A stretch of 43,172 bases of DNA from Sminthopsis crassicaudata (GCF_048593235.1 NC_133621.1:38865148-38908319); one strand, 5' to 3'. Numbered from the stretch's first letter, positions 1 through 9,885 are shown. Numbers and translations are program-made. The notes: generated by a model not told the origin, from the letters alone.

Positions 1-1084
1 ATCTAATTCTACTCCCTTCTCTGCTGATCACACTTATTGCTTCTCCATGCAAAATGGAAGAAAGAGATTTTTCTCAAGAGCTTAAGAGGTTTGAAATCAA
101 TACCCAGCAGCAAATAATCATACTTGTGTGTTGTTCCCTAACCTTAAAATGGGATTCTGCAGGTATTGAAAGCAAGAATTGCCAGTGTTAAAGTGAATTC
201 ATCCTCTCAGTTTCTTTTCACCATAACATTATTGGATAGGTAATGGTCAGTCAAGTGACAAACATTTATTAAACACTTGCTATGTGCCAGGCCCCATCCT
301 AGGCTCGGGCATCATTATCCATGTTTTAGAGATGAAGAAACTGAAACTTGGGAGAAGTTATGAGATTCATCATAGTAAAATGGCTAGTAAGTGTTTAAGG
401 AAGAATTTGATTTCAAGTCTATAAACTCTAAGGCCAGTTTCTTTCTTCTACACCGCTTCTTTCTAGTTGCTGACTTCCCCAAAGCTTTTGGTCCCCCCAC
501 ACATACTGGATTTCATTTTTCAATTGCAGTTCCAAGGTTACAGCTCTGAAACTTATATTTTAAGAAAGTACTCCATTCATTTTGATTTACTAAGTGATTT
601 CTTGATTATGGAACATTAAAGACATGAATGGCTAAATAGGGAGGAGGAGATGAAAAATGCATTGAAGGATGTTGGTTGGAGAAAAGAATTGCTTTGCATA
701 TACACGTGAGTAGGAGACCTAGAGTGTTTTAACTTTTAGGCTGTTCATTCAATGTACAGTCAATCCCAAACATATTTCCCATTTGCAACCAGTTACCTAT
801 CATATGTATACATGTATGTATGTATATATACATATACATACATATATATGTGTGTATAGTACATATATACATACATACACAAGACACATGTGTATTATAT
901 GATATTATATTTATTAAAACATATATTTACTTCTTATGTGAAATTTAATATGTAAATATTTGGGTCATATCCAAACTGGTTTTATGCATTTCTAAAATAG
1001 TAAGACACGAGGACTAAAAGGGCTGGAATTTTTTATTGATTCTAGAGCTAAGCTTTATCTGCTAGGAAAAGGCCAGCACAATAG

Positions 1085-1098
1085 ATATCCATGGCAAC
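1085..1098. promoter_or_regulatory. RFX X-box-like motif ATATCCATGGCAAC
   Basis: Perfect CCATGGCAAC arm with a degenerate other half. Motif only. Confidence 0.35.
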
Positions 1099-1493
1099 GG
1101 AGATGTCAACTTTTAACTTTTAGATGCAGAGAGGAAATTATTATTATTTTTGTCTATAATTTTAGAGATGTGTTTCATGATTGTAGGAACAACCTTTGAC
1201 AGCTGTTTTTCTGTCAGTTTCATAGACATCCAGGTCAAAGGGCTGATGCCTTCTCAATGTGTCACTCTCTTTTTATTTAGAAAAGGGAGAAAGGCTGTGT
1301 TTAGACTGGGCAGAAAATCATTTTTATGCTTAAACTCCCTGTCACTCAGAAGAGACCTATGTCTTAGAGAATAAGGGAGAAATGAATAGAATGGAAAATG
1401 TTGAACCCTGGGGTCAGGAGAACTGGCTTCAATCTCTGCCACTAACCAACTTTGTAACATTGGGCAAATCACTTTACCTGAGTGCTAGACTTC

Positions 1494-1648
1494 CACCCCA
1501 AATGTTCAAATGGACTATTTGTGTATGACCTGTGGCAGAGAATTCTGAGCTCACATTGGTCTGATCAGCCACAGTTGCACACACCATAACTCAACTATAA
1601 CACAATGATATAATTTTGGTTCTCTTTGAGAATGGACAACAACCAACC
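1494..1648 (+). mobile_element. Short RTE 3' fragment
   Basis: Homologous to 18375-18512; ends with the tail ttctctttgagaatggacaacaaccaacc. Confidence 0.8.
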
Positions 1649-2480
1649 AGACTTCAAATAAGATGATGGGGGCTTAAGTTAGGCACTTAATAGCTGTGTA
1701 ATCATAAATCACTTGAACTAGTTATAACACACTCATTTTTCCATGAGAAAATGCTTTGTAAGTCTTAAAGGACCAAACAAATGTGATTTATTATTATCAT
1801 TTACCCTTTTAAGCCTTGGTTTCCCATCTTTAAAAAAGGTGAGAACTTGAAACCTTCCTTCAACTCTAAAATTCTATTAAGAAATAAATTTCTAGTTTGT
1901 CCAGATGATACAGAACAGATGTCAACACATCTACAACTTAATAAATAAATCTTAGTTATCTGAGGCTCAGGAATTATGTGACTTATATCTGTTCACACAA
2001 GTAATAAGTATTAGAGGTAAGATTTGAATTTAGGCTTTCCTGGCTCTAAATAAAACACACTCTCTTTGTTCCACAGCTGCCTCTTGCCCAACTGAAAACA
2101 TCTTCCTAGGACTCTTGCTCATCTGCCTAGTCATTCCATATATGCTCTGTTGCCATTAACCTTTTCAGAACCCTAGCTGGACAGCTCCTTGAGAAAGGAG
2201 TCATGAGTACACTGTGACCTAGCAAGAATAAGCCTTCTCAGAGTGCTAAGAAGAAATACTGATTTGTCAAAAACACATAGGTTGCAACAGATGTCACAAG
2301 TTCTTTCCCTTCTAGTAAGCAAACAAGATTTCTTTCTTTTGAAGAATGGAAAGACAATAGAAGATAATCAAATCTATTGAGCCCATGTCTATCTGTTTCT
2401 CTGTGTCTCTCTGTGTGTCTGTCTTCCTTTCTCTTCTTTGTCTCTGCTTCTTTGTGTTTGTCTCTCTAATACTCTCTCTG

Positions 2481-2482
<2 letters not shown>

Positions 2483-2516
<34 letters not shown>
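2483..2516. repeat. (TG)17 microsatellite in a pyrimidine-rich low-complexity tract
   Basis: Read directly from the sequence. Confidence 0.97.
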
Positions 2517-2518
<2 letters not shown>

Positions 2519-3908
2519 TATCTCTGCCTGTCTTTCCCATCCTGCTTTCCTCCTTCTCTTTTCCTCCCTCTCCTAAGGAAGAACAAAGAGAATTGGTAGG
2601 TTGCAATACATGACTCAATGCCTAACTAATATTTGAGATGACATGGATCTTGAACAGGCAGCTTTTAATAGCCAATATCCTTTAGAGTTGTAACAAAGAT
2701 GCTGGAAGGTTGACAGCACTAGTGCTTTATAAAAGCACTAGTAGACCAATCTGTTTCATTTTTATGGATAATGATCTGATAAAAGTAAATAGATAATTAA
2801 TTCATTTAAAATTAATTGATGGTAGTGGGAGAATATGTTTCTGGATGATACAGTTGCTGAGAAACTGAACTGATGAGGCTAAAAAGGCTAATACGGTGAA
2901 GAGAGAATTCAAGTTTTTTCTTTAAGAAAAAAGAAGCATGTAGAAAGTAGATATTCACTATAAATGGACTGGAATCCCTGCTTTACCCTGGGTGTTTAGC
3001 TGATTTCCCATCTTTTCACTCTTTGTTTAGAGAGTAAGTTTTTATCTCCTAGAATTCCTTAAAACAATTAAGTTATAGTTAGGCCGCTGGGTGATCTAGT
3101 AGGGTGAATGCTGGAATTGGAATCAGAAAAAAGTCAAACTTAACCTGGATTTGCTTCTTGTTTTAGGAAGGGCTTGGTTTAATTCTGAAGCCCCTTCCAA
3201 TTCTCAGATCCAGTGATTGTGGCAGCTTAACTTCAGTCTTTCTTGGAAATTTAAAACACCCAAAGGCATCTAGGTAAAAGTATCTGGCCCCAGTAATTTG
3301 GGGCTTCAAGGCAGCATGGCCTGAAGCCCTTACAAGCAGCTCTTATTTAAACTTTGGATTCTGTAGGGAAGAATAGAATGCCTACTTATAGCTTCTCTTT
3401 GGAAAGACCTCATTTGCCCTTTTCCTTTCCTTGTTTCTTTTTTTTCCTTTGTGACAAAGCAGAGAGAGAAAATCTTGTCACAGCTTGATATCTTGTATAA
3501 AAACCCTGTGATGGTCAGGTACCCTACCAGCAGCCTGCCTGTAAAACCCTTTCAAAGCCATTCACTTCTATCAGGTAGGATTCTCAGTTATGCTGACTAA
3601 CTGATTTGTATTAAATATTTACCTATTGTCCATGACTTAAATATAGGAAGGCATTTCCTCTTTTTATAAGTTTCATCTTAAAGGGACTTAGAGTTTTTAA
3701 AAATTCCAGGCTATTTCCAAACCTACCATTCTAAACAGAACATAAGATTTTTTAACCAGCAATATGCAGTGATTTTTTCCAGAAAGTTTCCAACAAGTAG
3801 AATGGATATGATGCTCAATTTTGAGTCAGAAAGGCTAGAAATGATATTGCACTGGAGATGCTTTGTTGTTGGGGGTCATAAGAGAAATCACTTAATCTCT
3901 TGTATTTT

Positions 3909-3911
<3 letters not shown>

Positions 3912-3968
<57 letters not shown>

Positions 3969-3986
3969 TATAGATAGATAGATAGA
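3912..3986. repeat. (TA)~27 microsatellite followed by (TAGA)4
   Basis: TA run at 3912-3966 and TAGA run at 3971-3986. Confidence 0.97.
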
Positions 3987-4574
3987 TTTAGGATTATATA
4001 TTTAGAAGTGAAAGTAACTTTAGAAGACAGTGAATCCAATTGCCTCATTTTACAGATGAGGAAACTGAGGCAAGGAGAAGTTTTTCTATATGGAGATAGA
4101 TGTTTTTATATATATATATATATGTATATGTTTGTACATATACATATGTGTGTAAACACATGCAAATACACACATGTTTTATATATATATATGTATATAT
4201 ATATATGTGTGTGTATGTATATGTTAAAGGAACAGAGAATAAAAAATTAATCATAAAAAAATAGAATTGACCAGAGAAGAACTTTTTTTGGGGGGGAGGT
4301 AAATTGTAATTTGAATTTTGGAGGAAGCTGGATTGTTCAAGAGAACCTCCAGATAGGAGGTCACCATTAACAATGGCAAGTTGACAGGAAAGAGCAAGAT
4401 AGCTTGAAGCTAAGTGGGAATGGATATGTAGCACAGTTAAGGTCTTAGCCTGGTAAGAATCTAGAGGTATATTGAAAGAGCATATAAAATCAGGAGCAGA
4501 TGAATCAATTCAGTTTTACCAAAATATCCCTTCATTTTCCTGTAAATTTTGATAATGTTTTAAAAATGTGTGCC

Positions 4575-4789
4575 CTTTAAAACTGGAGTCCTTAACTATA
4601 GATAGATTTCAGGCATTCCCTGAAATTGTATGGGGGAAAAAATGCAGCTTTATTTTCACTAACCTTTGGTTTTCATTGTAAAGCCATGTATTTTATTTTT
4701 ATGCACTTAAGAACATTATTCTGAGAAGTCTATCAGTTTCACCAGACTGTCAAAGGGATGTAGGAAACACAATAGGTTCAGAAACCCTG
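4575..4789 (+). mobile_element. Charlie4-like hAT non-autonomous element
   Basis: aacattattctgagaag...ttcaccagactgtcaaaggg...ggttcagaaaccctg matches the recalled Charlie4 end. Confidence 0.65.
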
Positions 4790-4846
4790 CTTTAAAAGAA
4801 GGAAGCTTTATATCAGTGAAGCAGATTTGTATCCAATATTCTGATG

Positions 4847-4860
4847 GTTGCTACGGAAAC
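4847..4860. promoter_or_regulatory. RFX X-box-like motif GTTGCTACGGAAAC
   Basis: Matches the consensus GTHNYY-AT-RRNAAC except at one central base. Motif only. Confidence 0.4.
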
Positions 4861-6616
4861 AGTTGAGTACAGATTATATTTCACACTTTACACAGCCAGG
4901 GAGTTTGAAAACTAAAAGCAATTTAGTTTGGTGGCTAAGGAATTTCCTTCTGATTGGAAAATGCCAGTTATGCTAGCAAACATCCTGAAGTATTTTAGAG
5001 TGAATTTCTTTTCTTCTCCCATTTCCCTGGAATGAATAGAGACAGGATCTCTTTGCACATAGGAAAAGCACAAGGGAGTACTAAAGAGAGAACTTAGTGT
5101 CTTTTATTTGATGAGTTGGAAGCAGACAGATCTTTCTTACTTGAGAGCAATAGAAACTAGGAGGAAAACTGCTGCCAAAGGAGGCTAGAAGGGTTTTTCA
5201 TGAAAATTGGTCAGAAGTGTTAAAGCTATGAACATGTTCTTGCAAGAATTTGAGAAAAGTTCCAGGTGAGTTGATTTTATTCAAACTTAAGATGTAAGAC
5301 ACTTATCCTCCTGAATAGCCCTTTATGCTTTTAGATAACTTTAATCATTAGGAAGTTTTTTTTCTATATTAAGCCATCTGCTTCCTCTCAATTTAATATT
5401 CCATGAGAAGTCTGGATCTTTGGATCATAAGTCCATAGCCAAGTCCTTCTTCACGGAGGGTTTTTTATGACTCTTTCAGACAAAGTAACTATGAGAAAAC
5501 AACTTCTTAAGTGTTGGTCTCATAAACCCTACTCTATAAAGTAAGGACAGAAAACACCACACAGGCTTTTAATAGATAACTTCTGATTCTCTGACTTTTC
5601 TCTGAAGATATATTTCTTTTGGTCTGTTACAAAGCATTAAAGAAGAAAACCTTTTTTCTTTGATTTTGCAGAGTTTGGGGTTTTATGTGTATGTGTAAGC
5701 TAGCAGGTAAAAGCATTTATGTTCAAAAGCCTTCTTTTTTTGATTTAAACACAAAATATCACTCTTTCTATAACTTTTTACCAAAGAGGATTTATGGCAC
5801 ATACTTTTTCTCCTTCTGTCATAAGATATGAAACCTCATTCTGCCAAGTCTTCCTTAAACCTTCATTGGAGCACTCTCTTTCATTCTAGACTCTAGAAGG
5901 CACTCTGTCCCGCCTCTCAAATTGCAGTCTCATTTTCATATAATCTTATGCTCAGACTGATGTCATCTCTTCACTTTCTCGTCTTATATGATTCATATTC
6001 CTGTTTATCCATACATAAGGTCTCCCAAAATGATCTACCAGATTTATCAGTGACTTTTCTCCTTTTCTTTTTCTCTTCCCCAAGACCACTGATCTCTGAA
6101 ATCACAGATGTACTTTCTGGTCCCATTGAATTATTTGTAACTTTTATCTATTTGAGGTCATGGTATTCTCATATAGGAATACCAAGAGAATATTGGTGTT
6201 CAAAGGAGGGACAACTTTGGACCATGAAAAGCCACTATGCTTTTTCATACATGCTAGCTAGCCTAATTTCATGTTGTATCCTCTTAGGTGGCCAAATGAA
6301 CCTCCTGGAAGTTGATAATTAATTTTCCTTGATGTCCTTTTCTCTACTAAGTAGCAGTCTTGGACCTTTTAAAAATACCCCCTTTCTGCAACATATAGCC
6401 TTACAGAGTTGCCTTAGAAATATTAAGAGGTTCAATGACTTGCCCAGAGTCACTACATGCCAAAATCAAGACTTGAACTAGGATTTCTTAACTATGAGAT
6501 CAACTCTTCTCACTAAACCATGATGCTTCTTATGTTTTACATATAACAGGTGCTGCATAAATCCTTTTTAGAATAAATTGTATTTCCTTCTCCTATTCCC
6601 TCCTGTTTATCCATAA

Positions 6617-6622
6617 GGTCTA
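6617..6622. repeat. Left 6-bp target-site duplication GGTCTA (right copy at 10463-10468)
   Basis: Identical hexamer directly outside both LTR ends; 6-bp TSDs are typical of class II ERV integrases. Confidence 0.93.
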
Positions 6623-7198
6623 TGTAACGTGCTCTCCTGGCAGTTACAATTACTAGTCTGTCCTAGACCCACCAGAGTACCTTTGACCACTGTCCTTTGC
6701 AGTGTGAGCTCTACCCGGCTCGCCTCCTCTGAGGCCTTCTAAGGTCTCTGGCCACAATCTCTTGAATCTATAGCTTAATAACCGGTAGCGCACTCAAGAA
6801 CAACCACGTGTAATCTTAAAAGCCTTTATTATACCTACTCACATAATGCCCTAGCTGATGCCCTGACTTGTTGGTTCCCGAGTGAACACCTGGTCAGAAG
6901 ACCCACGTGTTCACTACCAAAATCCTTACCTCTTTCGGCTACCCATCTTGGCTTGGCCACCCAGGCTAGGAGCCAGGGTGAACAGCACGAGGTTAAAGAG
7001 GGCGGTTGCTGCCTGCAGTGGGCTTACATAGGGCCTGTGAGGTCACACACACAGCCAATCAGCGAGAGAGTCACCCATTACAAAACTATCTCAATATGGC
7101 CAGGATCCCGCCCAAGGGCAGTCCTAATATCCACAGAAATTACTTCCGGGCCTCAATCTCCCGATGCACTGTGTCCGCCCATTTAAAGGGCCCTTACA
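6623..7198 (-). repeat. 3' LTR (576 bp)
   Basis: Differs from the other LTR only at ctaggag vs ctggggag (1 substitution plus 1 indel) and ttccggg vs ttctggg. Adjacent to the PPT. AATAAA on - at 6825-6830. Confidence 0.96.
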
Positions 7199-7199
7199 A

Positions 7200-7217
7200 T
7201 TCCCTTTCTCTTGTTTT
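7200..7217 (-). promoter_or_regulatory. 3' polypurine tract
   Basis: AAAACAAGAGAAAGGGAA on - immediately precedes T and then the TG start of the 3' LTR. Confidence 0.88.
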
Positions 7218-7445
7218 GCGGGAACCGCACATCTCACCAAGCTAAACTTTTAGCACCAGCTATAGTTCACTTGATCCATGAGATGACAGTGTTATGCCCA
7301 AGGAGGTACAAAGCAGCAGATCAGTAAACAGAAGTATGACAATGAGAACCAGGCTCAACAGTGGCCCAAGTGTTCAACCCATTCATCAAAGTCATACTCG
7401 AGATAATAAGCCAAAGAGGTTGGATGCCAATGAGGTAGGATGTCA
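7218..7445 (-). pseudogene. Possible env TM-subunit C-terminal remnant
   Basis: Frameshifted ...NGLNTW... is followed by hydrophobic LLSLVLIVILLFTDLLLC and runs towards the PPT, the expected position and pattern for a betaretroviral TM anchor. Confidence 0.45.
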
Positions 7446-7575
7446 ACACTGAGGTGGGAAGTCAACAAGGTAAAACATCACAATTCTAGTTAACAAATAT
7501 CAGTAGGTAGGTTGTCACAATTCTAGTTACATTTATCACAGTTCTAGACCAATTCTAGTTTCTTACAATTTTCTG

Positions 7576-7860
7576 TTGCACTTTTCACACTCCTAGAACA
7601 ATTCTAGCTTATCACAATTCTCAATTGCACTTGTCACAATCCTAGAGCAATTCTAGCTTATCACAATTCTCAATTGCACTTTTCACAATTCTAGAACAAT
7701 TCTAGCTTATCACAATTCTCTATTGCACTTTTCACAATCCTAGAACAATTCTAGCTTATCACAATTCTCTATTGCACTTTTCACAATTCTAGAGCAATTC
7801 TAGCTTATCACAATTCTCTATTGCACTTTTCACAATTCTAGAACAATTCTAGTTTCACAG
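7576..7860. repeat. 49-bp tandem repeat, about 5.7 copies, inside the provirus (degenerate subunits extend back to about 7480)
   Basis: Units start at 7576, 7625, 7674, 7723, 7772 and 7821. Consensus TTGCACTTTTCACAATTCTAGAACAATTCTAGCTTATCACAATTCTCTA. Confidence 0.95.
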
Positions 7861-8081
7861 GTGCACATAAGCAAAGTCATGTCCAGTAACATTGTCTCAA
7901 TAACAATGGCAGGTGGGTGCATTGGTTTTCACCCACTAATTTAAAAGCATAGTCCTTCAATAGAAAGCATAGGGCAAAGCCTCTTCCCAGGCCACCATAT
8001 GGCAAGTGGCCACGGGAGAAGCAAGCAGGCCCATTGTCCATTTACAGTCTTTATATTGCATATCACCCAAAACAGTCCATT

Positions 8082-8660
8082 TCAGCTGCAACACTGGAAC
8101 TGTGTCTGGTGTCTCTGGTCACGGTCAGGAGGGGCATTGCTGCCATCAGCGTCTGAAGGGCTGCGGACATCTGGCTGGTCTCTCTGGACTGTTGTCTGGT
8201 CCTTCTCTTGGATCCCCAGGTTACAAATGTCTCTGGTGGGGATGAACTCTACTGCTGGATCTGCACCTAGGAAGGAATGTCCCCGGGGCCCAACTTGGGC
8301 CTTTCCAAATGCCATCCAGGCCTTTCCACATCACAGTGGAAACAAAGTTGTTGTCAAAAAGATTAACAAGTCAGACAAAAGTCAGTCTGTCACTTAGCTG
8401 CACTTTCTGTGTATGCCTGAAGTGCATTGCTAAGGTAAAAGGCAAAGAATTTAAAAATGTAAAACCAAAATAATTTAAAAGTGTAAAACCGAAATAGATT
8501 AAAAATATAAAACCAAAATAACTTTAAAATGTAAAATCAAAAATGTTTAAAAATGTAAAATCAAAATTTAAAAATTGTAAGCAATCACATATCCCAAAAT
8601 TCCCTTCTCTTGTTTAGAAGAGAAGATCTTGGGGATAGTCTGTGCAGTAATGACTTTACT
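8082..8660 (-). pseudogene. Degenerate betaretrovirus-type integrase C-terminal remnant
   Basis: Manual translation gives VMWKGLDGIWKGP (8334-8296; compare MMTV VMWKDLLTGSWKGP). After a frameshift comes PRGHSF...EFIPTRDI (compare HERV-K GRGFACV...WIPTRHL). Weaker KQEKG and LQFLNFD motifs lie upstream. Confidence 0.8.
8443..8580. repeat. 24-bp AT-rich tandem repeat, 5 copies plus a partial copy, inside the integrase remnant
   Basis: Units start at 8443, 8467, 8491, 8515 and 8539; consensus on + is approximately AAAATAATTTAAAAATGTAAAACC. Confidence 0.9.
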
Positions 8661-8746
8661 AGAACACTCGGCTATATCCCTGAATTCTTTTGCCTAAAAA
8701 TCAAAGTTTGAGTTTCTGATACCGAATTGTACTTCAGGAGTGTGAA

Positions 8747-9571
8747 TCAATAAATCTGATATTTTCCTCCTGGGTCAAAGATCACACACTGTCTATTTAT
8801 TCTAGTGATTAAAATAGCAATTTTCCAACCCATTCTAAACATAAACACTGTTTTATAAGTACCCGTAGGGGGTTGGGAAATCAAGCTCACCTGTGGAAGT
8901 GGAAAATCCACGAGGTAAGAAAAGAGGAGTTCCAACTCTCCAAAGACGATCCTAGCAGTTTTACAAGGATAAAACTCCACTCTCTCTAACTGCAAGGTCT
9001 TATCCCTGTAAGGTTTCTTAGAAATTAACTGAACTGTATTTTTAAAACTTTTCTGATTATACTCAATACCCCACAATTCCTTTTTGCCTTGGGGCATAAA
9101 GCCTACTCCTGTCTTTTGAAATGAAGACACAGGAGTTTTGAATGGATTAATGGGCAGTGCTGATGGTATTATCGCCCTTCCTTTTCCTCCTCCCCCTTCT
9201 CCCTTGGCCCAAGAAGGTGAGGCAGAGGGAAGAAGAATTGGAAAATTCCCCAAAGGCTGATTTAAAATCAAATCTGAGCTTTGCACATAAAAAGAACTAA
9301 ACTTCTTCTCAATGGAAGAGTAATGGATAAATTCCTTAAAACAACAATGCAGGAGGTAAACCAACAAAATGCTAAGAAGAATTTCTACAACTTTAGTCCA
9401 TGTGGTTCGTTTATTTCCTTCCTTAGTTTCAGCCACTGGTTTGAACTCTTCCTGTTCTATCTGTATTAACCTAGCTTTTTCTTCTTTCTCTATCTCCATC
9501 TGTAGTTTAACCTGCAATTCCAGCAACTCTTGCTGTGGCATTTTATACTCTATACTGTCATACATACGCAC
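8747..9571 (-). CDS. 274-aa ORF of unknown function in the gag position of the provirus (probably gag-derived, with one predicted membrane helix)
   Basis: Longest ORF in the window. E/K/Q-rich helical N-part, hydrophobic VVEILLSILLVYLLHCCF, and PSAS/PSAL..NPF motifs resembling late domains. No MHR or CCHC motif. The same frame continues upstream to 9799 past one TAG at 9655-9653. Confidence 0.6.
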   Translation of the reverse strand: MRMYDSIEYKMPQQELLELQVKLQMEIEKEEKARLIQIEQEEFKPVAETKEGNKRTTWTKVVEILLSILLVYLLHCCFKEFIHYSSIEKKFSSFYVQSSDLILNQPLGNFPILLPSASPSWAKGEGGGGKGRAIIPSALPINPFKTPVSSFQKTGVGFMPQGKKELWGIEYNQKSFKNTVQLISKKPYRDKTLQLERVEFYPCKTARIVFGELELLFSYLVDFPLPQVSLISQPPTGTYKTVFMFRMGWKIAILITRINRQCVIFDPGGKYQIY

Positions 9572-9865
9572 TAGCTCTAGGTTGCTCCCTCTCCGAGCTA
9601 TATCTAATAGGTGTGGGGATAGCCTTCTCGGAGCTTGATTACAAGCTTCCTGCTATTCTTCAGTGGTGATCTTTGTTAAAAGATCTTCCATCTGGCTCTT
9701 TAACCTCTTGATATAAGCATTATGTTCAGCTGTGTCCTTGAGTCTGATCCCAGATATGGGTCCATATTGCTTCTCTGTCTTCCCTCTTAAGTGGCGTTTC
9801 TACCGGATCTTTCAGAATCTTAATTCTGAATATTAAATACTTTTAAAACCTGATAATTCCTGATG

Positions 9866-9883
9866 CGTCCACGTTGAGCGCCA
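9866..9883 (-). promoter_or_regulatory. Primer-binding site, tRNA-Lys1,2 (CUU)-like
   Basis: TGGCGCTCAACGTGGACG lies 2 nt after the 5' LTR. The canonical Lys1,2 PBS is TGGCGCCCAACGTGGGGC; 14 of the first 15 positions match. Confidence 0.85.
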
Positions 9884-9885
9884 TT

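Noticed and set aside
230-2070. Numerous MIR/CORE-SINE and L2 tail fragments here and throughout the window
   Set aside because: They are real but ordinary, too degraded to delimit reliably by eye, and so not listed individually.
3769-4434. ORFs 3769-3981, 4008-4250 and 4045-4434 (also 2385-2576)
   Set aside because: These are translations of TA/TG microsatellites and low-complexity tracts.
6953-7245. + strand ORFs in the LTRs (6953-7186, 7006-7245, 10145-10450, 10270-10497) as antisense viral genes
   Set aside because: They are short, have no recognisable motifs and recur only because the LTR is duplicated; their lengths change with the single LTR indel and with flanking sequence.
7576-7860. 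49-bp array as a CRISPR-like locus
   Set aside because: The units are contiguous with no unique spacers, there are no cas genes, and the context is a mammalian ERV.
8747-9571. 274-aa ORF as an MMTV Sag-like superantigen or an Env
   Set aside because: It is in the wrong position (after the PBS rather than in the 3' LTR or 3' end) and has no N-glycosylation sequons, furin site or CX6-7C motif.
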